A stretch of DNA of 64,000 nt from Bacillota bacterium (GTDB taxonomy: Bacteria; Bacillota; Clostridia; TANB77; CAG-508), in contig CAWVJY010000008.1 in the NCBI GenBank assembly GCA_963929915.1, positions 226,705 to 290,704 of the forward strand. Reading direction: 5' to 3'. Numbering within the stretch: position 1 is the first letter of the stretch; each line of letters begins with the position of its first letter. Below the pieces are notes generated by a model, which did not search any database, was not told where the DNA came from, and was given only the letters and a program-made list of their open reading frames with translations. Of this stretch, positions 31,649 to 40,715 are shown one piece after another. A program made the position numbers and the translations under genes.

Positions 31649-33062
31649 ATGAAAGCAAAAACAATTTTTGTATGTAGTAATTGTGGATATGAATCACCAA
31701 AATGGCTAGGAAAATGCCCAGGTTGTAATGAGTGGAATAGTTTTTATGAAGAGAAATTAGCTATGCAAACAGGTTCAGGAAAACAGACAGAAAAGAAAGT
31801 AGTTACTCCTAAATCATTAAATGAAGTAGTAGGAAAAGATGCTATTCGTATCCACACTGGAATTGGAGAATTAGATAGAGTTCTAGGGGGAGGTTTAGTA
31901 AAAGGTTCTTTAGTATTAGTAGGAGGAGAACCTGGAATTGGTAAATCTTACTCTTATTTGGAACTTTGCGATAAAATGCAGGCAGAAGGAAAAGTTCTTT
32001 ATGTTTCAGGAGAAGAGTCTGCTGAACAAATAAAATTAAGGCAGATCGACTTGGAATCCACAATGACGACATTTTATTTTTAGGAGAAACTGATATTTCA
32101 CTTATAGAAAATACAATATTAGAATTAAAACCAAAATTAGTTATTATTGATTCTATTCAAACAATGTATTCTGAAGATATTTCTTCGGCGGCAGGAACAG
32201 TAAGCCAAGTTCGCGAGATTACAGCTCGTATTATGCGTATTTGCAAAGGAAATGAAATTACTACTATTATTATTGGTCATGTAACAAAAGAAGGAAATAT
32301 TGCAGGACCTAGAGTTTTAGAACATATGGTAGATACTGTACTTTATCTAGAAGGCGAAAGGTATTTTTCTTATCGAGTTTTGCGTGGCGTTAAAAATCGT
32401 TTTGGGCTCTACCAACGAAGTAGGGATGTTTGAAATGCAAAATGAGGGAATGGTAGAAATAACAAATCCTTCTTCTGTATTAATTTCAGAAAGGGAGGAT
32501 AATCCTTCAGGTTCTGTTATTATTGCAAGTATGGAGGGAACTAGACCTTTGTTAATAGAATTACAGGCATTAACGACACCGACTGTATTTGGTTTTCCGC
32601 GTAGAACAGCCAATGGAATTGATTATAACAGGCTTACTTTGTTAGTTGCAGTACTAGAAAAAAGGGCTGGACTTGCATTAAGTTCACAAGATGTGTATTT
32701 AAATGTAGTAAGTGGAATCAGAATTGTAGAACCTGCTGCAGACCTAGGCATGATTTTAGCTTGTTGTTCTAGTTTTAAAAATACTAGTATTCCTAAAAGT
32801 ACAGTTGTTATTGGAGAAGTACGGATTAACAGGAGAGGTAAGAGCAGTAAATTTAATAGAAAAAAGATTAAAAGAAGCGGAAAAATTAGGATTTAAAACT
32901 TGTATTATACCAGAAAGTAATAAAAAACTATTGAAAGATAAGTACAAGTTAGATATAATAGGGGTTAGAAATGTAAATGAGGCGATGAAAAGTAGTGGGG
33001 CTAAAGTAAAAGTTAAGAAATTTAGTGAAGTGTCCCAAGTGGCCCCATTTGGGGCTACATAG
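31649..33062 (+). CDS. radA: DNA repair protein RadA; three frameshifts as written
   Basis: Zinc ribbon CSNCGYESPKWLGKCPGCNEW, Walker A GGEPGIGKS, KNRFG, and a Lon-like C-terminal domain. The four track ORFs (31649, 32164, 32384, 32805) are consecutive pieces, with indels near 32040, 32408 and 32819. The last codons lie inside REP4. Confidence 0.85.
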
Positions 33063-33071
33063 AACCGTCCC
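33027..33071 (-). repeat. REP element copy 4 (orientation B)
   Basis: GAAGTGTCCCAAGTGGCCCCATTTGGGGCTACATAGAACCGTCCC. Confidence 0.85.
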
Positions 33072-33087
33072 TAGAAAGGAAAATGTG

Positions 33088-34144
33088 ATGATTACTGATA
33101 TTTTAAAAATGATTGCACCTGGTACTCCTATTCGTGATGGTTTAGAAAATATTCTAAAGGCAAAAACTGGTGCATTAATTGTCATAGGAGATAGTAAAGA
33201 AGTATTAGATTTAGTAGATGGTGGTTTCCAATTAAATATTGACTATACCTCCTCCAGGCTTTATGAACTTGCTAAAATGGATGGTGCAATTGTGTTAAGT
33301 AGCGATTTCAAAAAAATTCTTTATGCTAATGCACAATTAATACCACAGTCTAGTATTACTACTACAGAAACCGGTACTAGACATCGTACGGCAGAGCGTA
33401 CTGCAAAACAAACAGGAGCCCTAGTAATTAGCATTTCACAAAGAAGAAGTATTATTACTATTTTTAAAGGTAACCTCCGCTATGTTTTAGAAGATACTGC
33501 AAAAGTAATTTCCAAAGCAAACCAGGCATTACAAACAGTAGAAAAATATAAAAAGGTGTTTGATAATAAACTAAGTTTATTAAATGAATATGAGTTTAAT
33601 GATATTGTTACTTTAGAAAATGTAATTAATGCCATTCAACGTGCAGAAATGGTAATGAAAGTAGTAGAAGAGGTGCAAAGGTCTATTTACGAATTAGGAG
33701 AAGAGGGAAGACTTCTAGAAATGCAATTAGAAGAATTAGTTGGTGATTTAGAAAAAGAAGAACTTTTAATTATAAAAGATTATATTGCACCTGGTAAAAA
33801 ACGTACTGCAGAAAAAGTATTAGCAGAAATTCAAAGTTTAGAACATGATGATTTGATGGTTCTAGAAAAAAATAGCTAATCTTCTAGGATATGAAGATTT
33901 CGACAATTATGACGAAGTAGGTGTTTATACAAGAGGCTATAGAGTGCTTAGTAAAATTCCTAGAATGCCAAGTAATATTGTGGAGAATTTAGTTAAGTCA
34001 TTTAAATCTTTCCAACATATTTTGGCAGCAGATTTACAGCAATTAGATGATGTAGATGGCATTGGAGAGGTAAGAGCAAGAACCATTAAACAGTCTTTGA
34101 AACGTATGCAAGAACAATTTGTATTTGACAATTTAATGTTATAA
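33088..34144 (+). CDS. disA: DNA integrity scanning protein DisA (diadenylate cyclase); one frameshift in an A-run near 33867
   Basis: MITDILKMIAPGTPIRDGLENILKAKTGALIVIGD, the DAC motifs DGAIVL and TRHRTAER, and a C-terminal HhH (DGIGEVRARTIKQSL) in ORF 33944-34144. Confidence 0.88.
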
Positions 34145-34266
34145 TTGTATAATCAAAACGCAAATTTTATAAAAAATTATTTTGGCATTGTAAGGAAAAA
34201 ATTAAACACAAGGCACAAATTAAAATATAAATTTGGACAAGTAGTGTTAAAAAACAAGGAGGAATT

Positions 34267-35079
34267 ATGGAAGTATTTAAAAAAATTTTATTAATCTTAG
34301 GAATTATTATATTATTAGCAGGTATTGCTTTTGTAAGTTATGGTTTTTATAAAAAGGCAACTACCAATATTCCTAATCCAGTTGCTACCATGGAAGTAGA
34401 AGGTTATGGAACTATTAAAATTGAACTTTATCCAGATAAAGCTCCAAATACAGTAGCAAATTTTATTCGTTTAGCAAATCGTGGTTTTTATAATGGGCTT
34501 ACATTTCATAGAACCATTCCAGAATTTATGATTCAAGGTGGAGACAAAAATGGAGATGGAACAGGTTCTCCAAGTTTAAGTGATATTCAAGATGGCATTT
34601 CAGAAGAGGATAATAAAGAATATAATATTCCAGGAGAATTTATTGCTAATGGATATAATGAAAATAATTTGAAACATACCAAAGGTGTTATTTCTATGGC
34701 TAGAACTGACTATAGCCAAATGAGTACAGCTTTAACCCAATATGGCTACAATTCAGCAGGTTCTCAATTTTTTATTATGACAGAAGATAATACTTCATTA
34801 GATGGATTATATGCAGCTTTTGGAGAAATAATTGAAGGTATGGATGTTGTAGAAAAAATTGCAAATGTAGAAGTATATTATAGAGATACTGAACTTGAAG
34901 AAGGAGAGGAAGCACCAACAGATGAAGATGGGAATACCATTTCATCAGACACTCCAATAGAAGCACCTGTTATTACAAGCATTACTGTAGAAACCTATGG
35001 GGTAGATTATGGTATTCCAGAAACCAATGATGTATTTGACTATTATACATGGTTAATGCAACAATATGGAATGCAATAA
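34267..35079 (+). CDS. Membrane-anchored cyclophilin-type peptidyl-prolyl isomerase
   Basis: N-terminal TM helix, then FHRTIPEFMIQGGD...GSQFFI. Acidic C-terminal extension. Confidence 0.88.
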   Translation: MEVFKKILLILGIIILLAGIAFVSYGFYKKATTNIPNPVATMEVEGYGTIKIELYPDKAPNTVANFIRLANRGFYNGLTFHRTIPEFMIQGGDKNGDGTGSPSLSDIQDGISEEDNKEYNIPGEFIANGYNENNLKHTKGVISMARTDYSQMSTALTQYGYNSAGSQFFIMTEDNTSLDGLYAAFGEIIEGMDVVEKIANVEVYYRDTELEEGEEAPTDEDGNTISSDTPIEAPVITSITVETYGVDYGIPETNDVFDYYTWLMQQYGMQ

Positions 35080-35141
35080 AAAGATACAACCTTAGGAAAA
35101 TGACAAAACAGAAAATAGAAAACAAGAGGTAGGAAAGAAAA

Positions 35142-35348
35142 ATGGCAAAGAAAACAAACAATAAAGAAAAAATAGCAAAGAAAGTAGATAGCAAAGAAAA
35201 AAAGATACAAGAAAATAAAAAAGGAAAAGTAAAAAAAGATTTAGGAAAAATGGCAACCAAAATTATGGCTATTATTTTAGTAGCTATGATGATATTATCT
35301 GTTGCTATTACATTAATTTATTATATGGTTTATGCGACGCAATCTTAA
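35142..35348 (+). CDS. Small lysine-rich protein with a C-terminal TM helix, hypothetical
   Basis: 68-aa ORF with an SD-like AGGTAGGAAAG upstream. Confidence 0.45.
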   Translation: MAKKTNNKEKIAKKVDSKEKKIQENKKGKVKKDLGKMATKIMAIILVAMMILSVAITLIYYMVYATQS

Positions 35349-35478
35349 AGCAAGATAAAAACTGTAAAGTAAAAAGTAATTTACAAAAAAGAATATAAAA
35401 ACATAATTTGAAAAGAATATAGAAACAAAATTTGCAAAAAATAAGGTAGAAAATAAAAATAAACAAAAGAGGTAAGAT

Positions 35479-36447
35479 ATGTTTGAAAACTTCACTTTAG
35501 AATTTAATGGAATTTGGCAAGCTTTTATGAGCTATATGACAGATCTTTCACAAAATCCATTAAAACTATTAACTTTATTATTAGATTTAGTAATTGTAAT
35601 TTATATTTTATATAAATTTATTGTGTCTGCTAGAAATTCAAGAGTATGGCAATTATTAAAAGGAATTTTACTTATTTTAATTATTACAGCACTTAGCGAA
35701 ATTTTACAACTTAGAATTTTAAATTATATTTTAACATTCTTTATGCCATATGGTGTTATAGCTTTAATTGTTATTTTTCAACCAGAACTACGCAGAATGT
35801 TGGAACAATTAGGTACCAATAAAATAACCAAATATTTTGGACTAGATAAGGACTTAGCAACGAAAACAAAAGAAGATATATATAAAATAGTTATTGCAGC
35901 AACTGAACTTGCTAAAGCTAAAACAGGGGGACTTATTGTAATTGAAAGAGATATTCAAATAAAAGACATTATCGATACTGGTGTAAAAATAGATGCAGAA
36001 GTTTCCCCACAATTGATTGTGAACTTGTTTACTCCTAATACACCATTACATGACGGAGCAGTTATTATTGCTAAAAATAAAATTGCAGCAGCTGCTTGTA
36101 TTTTGCCATTAGCAGATGATAAAGATATTGCAAAAGAAATAGGTACAAGGCACCGTGCAGGAATAGGAGTATCAAAAGAATCAGACGCTATTGCTATTAT
36201 CATTTCGGAAGAAACCGGAAAAATTTCTGTTGCAAAAGATGGAACCTTAATAGCAGATGTAAAAGAAGAAGCGCTAAAAAATATTTTAATCAAACATATT
36301 GTTGCAAAACGTTTTGGCAATGAAAAAGAAGAGAAAAATGTAGAACATGAAAATGCCGACAATACCAATATAGAAGATAGTATAGAGGAAACTCAAAAAG
36401 TAAAAAATAAAAAAGATAATAACACAGCATCAAAAAATAGAAAATAA
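35479..36447 (+). CDS. cdaA: Diadenylate cyclase CdaA (DacA)
   Basis: Three N-terminal TM helices, then the DAC-domain motifs LHDGAVII and GTRHRAGIG. K/E/N-rich C-terminal tail. Confidence 0.9.
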   Translation: MFENFTLEFNGIWQAFMSYMTDLSQNPLKLLTLLLDLVIVIYILYKFIVSARNSRVWQLLKGILLILIITALSEILQLRILNYILTFFMPYGVIALIVIFQPELRRMLEQLGTNKITKYFGLDKDLATKTKEDIYKIVIAATELAKAKTGGLIVIERDIQIKDIIDTGVKIDAEVSPQLIVNLFTPNTPLHDGAVIIAKNKIAAAACILPLADDKDIAKEIGTRHRAGIGVSKESDAIAIIISEETGKISVAKDGTLIADVKEEALKNILIKHIVAKRFGNEKEEKNVEHENADNTNIEDSIEETQKVKNKKDNNTASKNRK

Positions 36448-36530
36448 ATAATACAAAATAATAAAGAAAAAATAAAACAAATATAAAAACAAACTCTAAA
36501 ATAAAAATAAGGATTCGAAATAATAAAAAT

Positions 36531-37265
36531 ATGAGAAATATTAAACTAACAATAGAGTATGATGGTAGAGAATATCATGGATGGCAAAAACAGCCAAACA
36601 GGTTAAATATTCAAGGAGAAATTGAGCAAGCTATCCAAAAGGTAACGGGAAAAACGGTAGAACTCATAGGTTCTGGAAGAACAGATGCAGGAGTACATGC
36701 TTTTGGACAGGTGGCTAATTTTAAAATTGATACAGATTTCCCAATCGAAAAAATGGCTATTGCTATTAATTCTCAATTAAAAAGATCTATTCGCATTCAA
36801 AAAGCAGAAGAAGTAGAAGAGAGTTTTCATAGCCGTTATAGTTGCCATAAAAAAACATATGCTTATATTATTGATAATTCAGAACAAGGTTCAGCCATTT
36901 ATCGCAACCTAACCTACCATATACCACAACCTTTAAATCTAGAAGCAATGCAAAAAGCAGCAGAATTTTTAAAAGGAGAGCATGATTTTACTAGTTTTAA
37001 ATCGAGTGGTACTAGTAGTAAAAGTAGTGTAAGAACTATTTATGAAGCAAAAGTTTTAAAAGAGCAAGAAAGAATTGTTATTATGCTTACAGGAAATGGA
37101 TTTTTATATAATATGGTTCGAATAATAGCAGGAACTTTAGTAGAAGTAGGACTAGGCAATAAAAAACCAGAAGAAATGCAAGATATCATTTTACAAAAGA
37201 ATAGACAATTGGCAGGAAAAACATTACCAGCACATGGACTTTATTTAATGAATGTAGAATATTAA
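36531..37265 (+). CDS. truA: tRNA pseudouridine38-40 synthase TruA
   Basis: IEYDGREYHGWQKQPN, GSGRTDAGVHA (catalytic Asp), FLYNMVRIIAGTL. Confidence 0.93.
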   Translation: MRNIKLTIEYDGREYHGWQKQPNRLNIQGEIEQAIQKVTGKTVELIGSGRTDAGVHAFGQVANFKIDTDFPIEKMAIAINSQLKRSIRIQKAEEVEESFHSRYSCHKKTYAYIIDNSEQGSAIYRNLTYHIPQPLNLEAMQKAAEFLKGEHDFTSFKSSGTSSKSSVRTIYEAKVLKEQERIVIMLTGNGFLYNMVRIIAGTLVEVGLGNKKPEEMQDIILQKNRQLAGKTLPAHGLYLMNVEY

Positions 37266-37354
37266 TGTATGAATAAAAAAGGATACAATGTACTTGTAAC
37301 CTTTTTGTTTTTTATGTCATAAAATATATAAAAAACAAAAAGGAGATAAGGAAT

Positions 37355-37780
37355 ATGAATACTTTATTAATATTTTTTGCCCTTCCTATAGCAACCATTA
37401 TTTTAGCCATTGTATTACAAAAAATATTAAAATGTGCATTATTAGTAGCAGCAACATTTTTTGCAATTTATTTAATTGTAACTTTTGCCGCTTTTGATGC
37501 TAGTTTTTTAGTCTTTGCTATTGCATATACCATTTTGGCCTATATTACGGCGGTAATAACCAAAATTATTTGCCATTGTTTAGAAATTTGGAGACAGCAA
37601 TGTAATTGTAATAATACTGGAAATGCAAGAACACAAAATACTCCAATTACCATTAATAATACAAGTCCTTGTACCAGTATTAATCTGGCAAGCGGAGCTA
37701 ATTTGTTAACAGATACAAATCAAACAACTCAAACAAGAAGAAATCATAATTGTTGCTGGAATTGTTCACGTAGAGGGTAA
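37355..37780 (+). CDS. Hypothetical membrane protein with a Cys/Asn/Thr-rich tail
   Basis: 141-aa ORF with an SD AAAGGAG: three hydrophobic helices, then CNCNNTGN...NHNCCWNCSRRG. Confidence 0.55.
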   Translation: MNTLLIFFALPIATIILAIVLQKILKCALLVAATFFAIYLIVTFAAFDASFLVFAIAYTILAYITAVITKIICHCLEIWRQQCNCNNTGNARTQNTPITINNTSPCTSINLASGANLLTDTNQTTQTRRNHNCCWNCSRRG

Positions 37781-37828
37781 ACATAAGTTTTTATTTTTAC
37801 ATGCATAATATGATTCTAAAATTTATTT

Positions 37829-37977
37829 TATAAAAGGAATAGAATTGTCTTTTTCAATTTTTAAAACCTTTCCCCTTTTGGACATCTGTAACTCGGCGTA
37901 AACGCCTCGAACAGCTGTCACAATGGTCGCCCACGCAAGGCTTAAAAATTTCAAAAGACAATTCTATTCCTTTTATA
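37829..37977. repeat. Hairpin-closed element B1 (25-bp perfect arms; core shared with B2)
   Basis: Arms TATAAAAGGAATAGAATTGTCTTTT (37829-37853) and AAAAGACAATTCTATTCCTTTTATA (37953-37977). The GC-richer core carries the nested stem GACATCTGT/ACAGCTGTC and the apical hairpin GGCG-TAAA-CGCC. Confidence 0.8.
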
Positions 37978-37987
37978 TTTAATACTT

Positions 37988-38075
37988 TATTACAATTATA
38001 TTACAAATATATTAAATTTATATTACAAACAAAGAACTTATTGTTTTTAGACGAAAAATGTTGTACAATAAATTA
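37988..38075 (+). promoter_or_regulatory. TATTACAA array plus putative promoter of the pilus operon
   Basis: TATTACAATTATATTACAAATATATTA is identical to the 19891 array, and there is a third TATTACAAA at 38021. It is followed by TTGTTT...TGtTGTACAAT (extended -10) about 50 bp before cpaB-like. Confidence 0.5.
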
Positions 38076-38114
38076 AATGATGATATTTTGTAAATTTATA
38101 AGGAGGAACAAGCA

Positions 38115-39065
38115 ATGGCAAAGAACCCAATGCAAAGAAAAGCTCAAAATTCATTTCTTTTAGGAATGTTAATCACATTATTAATAACAGGAATTATTAT
38201 TGCTGTTTTAGTAATACAACTTACTAAAATAACAAGAGAACAAAATGAGGCAAAAGCAAATTTAAAACAGGTTTATGTATTAACACAAGATGTTAATTCA
38301 GGAGATACTGTTACTACCGATATATTAACATTACAAGCAATGGACGCAAGTACTATTCCATCCAATGCACTAAGTTTAGCAGAACTAACTGCTAAAAGCG
38401 ATATTGTAGACGAAAATGGTAATCTTATTCAAAAAATGAATGTTGTTAGTAAAATAGATTTGAAACAAGGAACAATTATTACTTCTGATATGATTGCAGT
38501 ACAAGATGAATTAGCAGCAGATTTAAGAAAAGTAGAATATAATATGATTGTTCTTCCAACACAGTTACAAGATGGCAAATATATTGATATTCGTTTAAAA
38601 TTACCAACAGGAGAGGATTTTATTGTAATTTCCCATAAACAAGTAGAAATTCCTACTGTTGAAGGAATAGATTCTTTAAATAGTATTTGGTTAAACTTAG
38701 ATGAAACAGAAATTTTAACTTTAAGTTGTGCTATTGTAGAATCTTATCAAATTCAAGGTTCTCTACTATATATAACTGAATATGTGGAACCAGGCTTACA
38801 AGAAGCAGCTACTGCAACTTATTTACCAAACGATTCAACTATTAATTTAATTAACCGTGATCCTAACTGTGTAGCAGAAGCTAAAAATGCATTATTTGAA
38901 AGAAATAATAATCAGAGCACTAAAAATTCAGTTAGAAATCCTGTTAATAATAATTTAAATAATAATGCAGAAGATGCAATTGATAATGTTATTGACAATG
39001 TAGAAGAAGAAATTAGAAAAACGCAAGAAGAAAGACAAACTTATTTAGAGTCGTTAGGTGGATAA
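38115..39065 (+). CDS. CpaB/RcpC-like Flp/Tad pilus assembly protein (TM helix plus SAF-like domain)
   Basis: A basic N-terminus plus a TM helix, then VYVLTQDVNSGDTVTTDIL (SAF-type strand pattern). First gene of the operon, with SD AAGGAGG. Confidence 0.65.
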   Translation: MAKNPMQRKAQNSFLLGMLITLLITGIIIAVLVIQLTKITREQNEAKANLKQVYVLTQDVNSGDTVTTDILTLQAMDASTIPSNALSLAELTAKSDIVDENGNLIQKMNVVSKIDLKQGTIITSDMIAVQDELAADLRKVEYNMIVLPTQLQDGKYIDIRLKLPTGEDFIVISHKQVEIPTVEGIDSLNSIWLNLDETEILTLSCAIVESYQIQGSLLYITEYVEPGLQEAATATYLPNDSTINLINRDPNCVAEAKNALFERNNNQSTKNSVRNPVNNNLNNNAEDAIDNVIDNVEEEIRKTQEERQTYLESLGG

Positions 39066-39135
39066 TAGAAAAGTAAAAATATGATAATTTAGAAAATTAA
39101 TCTTAAAAAATAGAAAAAAGTAATAGGAGGAAAGC

Positions 39136-39837
39136 ATGAAAACGGTAGGATTTATAGGGGCATATGATAAAACAGATTTGATTGTTTATATAGCAAGAAT
39201 TCTAGTGGTATTAGGAAAAAAAGTTTTGGTAATAGATGCTACTACTTTACAAAAAGCAAAATATATAGTACCTGCTATTTCTCCTGCTAAATCCTATATT
39301 ACTGATTTTGAAGGTATTGATATTGCAGCAGGATTATATAATTTTACCTCAATTAAAGAATATTTAGGGATGCCTTTACATGCAGCTTTTGAATATGATT
39401 ATATTTTTATTGATGCAGATTCATCAGAAGTGATTGAAAGTTTTAATTTACAAACTGCAAACCAAAATTATTTTGTAACGGCTTTTGATGCTTATTCTTT
39501 AAAAAGAGGATTAGAAATTTTATCTGGAATAGCAGAACCAATGAAACTAAAAAAAATACTATTTTCCAAAAATTGTACTGTAGAAGAAGATGAATATCTA
39601 AATTATTTATCATTAGGCTATAAAATTATATGGGATGAAGAAAAAATTTATTTTCCATTTGAATCAGGAGACCAAACAGTTATTATGGAAAATCAAAGAG
39701 TCGCCAAAATTAAATTGAAAAAGTTATCAGAACTCTATAAAACTAGCTTGATGTATGTTGCAGAAGAATTATTAGATAATGAAAAAGAAAGTGCAAATTT
39801 AAAAAAGGCATTTAAACAATTAGAAAAAGGGGTATAA
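39136..39837 (+). CDS. ParA/MinD-fold protein with a degenerate Walker A (TadZ/CpaE-like)
   Basis: MKTVGFIGAYDKTDLIVYIARILVVLGKKVLVIDAT aligns to the ParA/MinD N-terminus, but GAYDKTD replaces KGGxGKT. Confidence 0.6.
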   Translation: MKTVGFIGAYDKTDLIVYIARILVVLGKKVLVIDATTLQKAKYIVPAISPAKSYITDFEGIDIAAGLYNFTSIKEYLGMPLHAAFEYDYIFIDADSSEVIESFNLQTANQNYFVTAFDAYSLKRGLEILSGIAEPMKLKKILFSKNCTVEEDEYLNYLSLGYKIIWDEEKIYFPFESGDQTVIMENQRVAKIKLKKLSELYKTSLMYVAEELLDNEKESANLKKAFKQLEKGV

Positions 39838-39842
39838 AGTTC

Positions 39843-40688
39843 ATGGCAATAATTACATTTTGTAGTAATGAAACTAAAGAAACAGGACAAACCTTATCTT
39901 TAGCGGCAATTGCTTCTTTTATGGCAATTGAGCATAATTATAAAATTCTAGTAGTATCCACAAATTTTAATGATTTGAGCTTAGAAAATTGCTTTTGGGA
40001 ATATAACAAAATAAGGCCATCTGGAGCAATTAAAATAGATGGACAAAAAAATGTGGGGCTAGAATCTGGAATAGAAGGATTAATTAAAGTCTTAAATAGT
40101 AATAGAACTAGTACTGAAATTGTAAAAAACTATTCTAGAATTGTATTAAGAGATAGATTAGACGTTTTTTTATCACCTATTACAAAATCTTATCAAGAAT
40201 ATACACAAATTACACCATATTATACAAACATTCTTCAAATTGCTAATAGGTATTATGACTTGATATTTGTAGACTTAAGCAAAAAAATGCCTAAACAAGA
40301 TGCAAATGACATTTTACAATTATCTGATATTGTTGTGGTAAACCTTACTCAAAGATTAAAAACAATAAATGATTTTATGCAATTAAGAGAATCTAACGAA
40401 TTTTATCAAAGAAAAAATGTAATGCTTGCTATAGGAAGATTTGATAAATTTTCTAAATATAATAGCAAAAATATTACTAGATATTTAAAAGAAAAGAAAT
40501 TAATTTCTGTAATTCCTTATAATACATTATTTTTTGAAGCTTGCTCAGAAGGAACCATTATTGACTTTTTACTAAAAGTAAAGAACATTACAGATGAAAC
40601 AGACCGTAATAGTAGTTTTATAAAAGAAATTCAAGCAATAGATAATAGTATTATTTTTAAATTACAGGAACTACAAATGAAAATGTAA
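39843..40688 (+). CDS. Second ParA/MinD-fold protein with a degenerate Walker A (TadZ/CpaE-like)
   Basis: MAIITFCSNETKETGQTLSLAAIASFMAIEHNYKILVVSTN has the same fold pattern, with SNETKETGQT in place of the P-loop. Confidence 0.55.
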   Translation: MAIITFCSNETKETGQTLSLAAIASFMAIEHNYKILVVSTNFNDLSLENCFWEYNKIRPSGAIKIDGQKNVGLESGIEGLIKVLNSNRTSTEIVKNYSRIVLRDRLDVFLSPITKSYQEYTQITPYYTNILQIANRYYDLIFVDLSKKMPKQDANDILQLSDIVVVNLTQRLKTINDFMQLRESNEFYQRKNVMLAIGRFDKFSKYNSKNITRYLKEKKLISVIPYNTLFFEACSEGTIIDFLLKVKNITDETDRNSSFIKEIQAIDNSIIFKLQELQMKM

Positions 40689-40715
40689 TCCTATTAGAAA
40701 GGAGACTTTAAAAAG

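Noticed and set aside
37860-37960. 33-codon minus-strand micro-ORF (…SFEIFKPCVGDHCDSCSRRLRRVTDVQKGKGFKN) inside elements B1/B2
   Set aside because: The B1/B2 substitutions are mostly non-synonymous (K/M, R/H, R/C, V/G) but preserve base pairing, so the selection is on structure rather than on the peptide.
37829-37977. Element B1 as an invertible promoter switch (fimS-like) for the pilus operon
   Set aside because: This is not excluded but was ranked lower. I could not find convincing -35/-10 hexamers in the core in either orientation. The conserved, covarying core shared with B2 at an unrelated locus also argues for a structural element rather than a locus-specific switch. Read-level inversion analysis would settle it.
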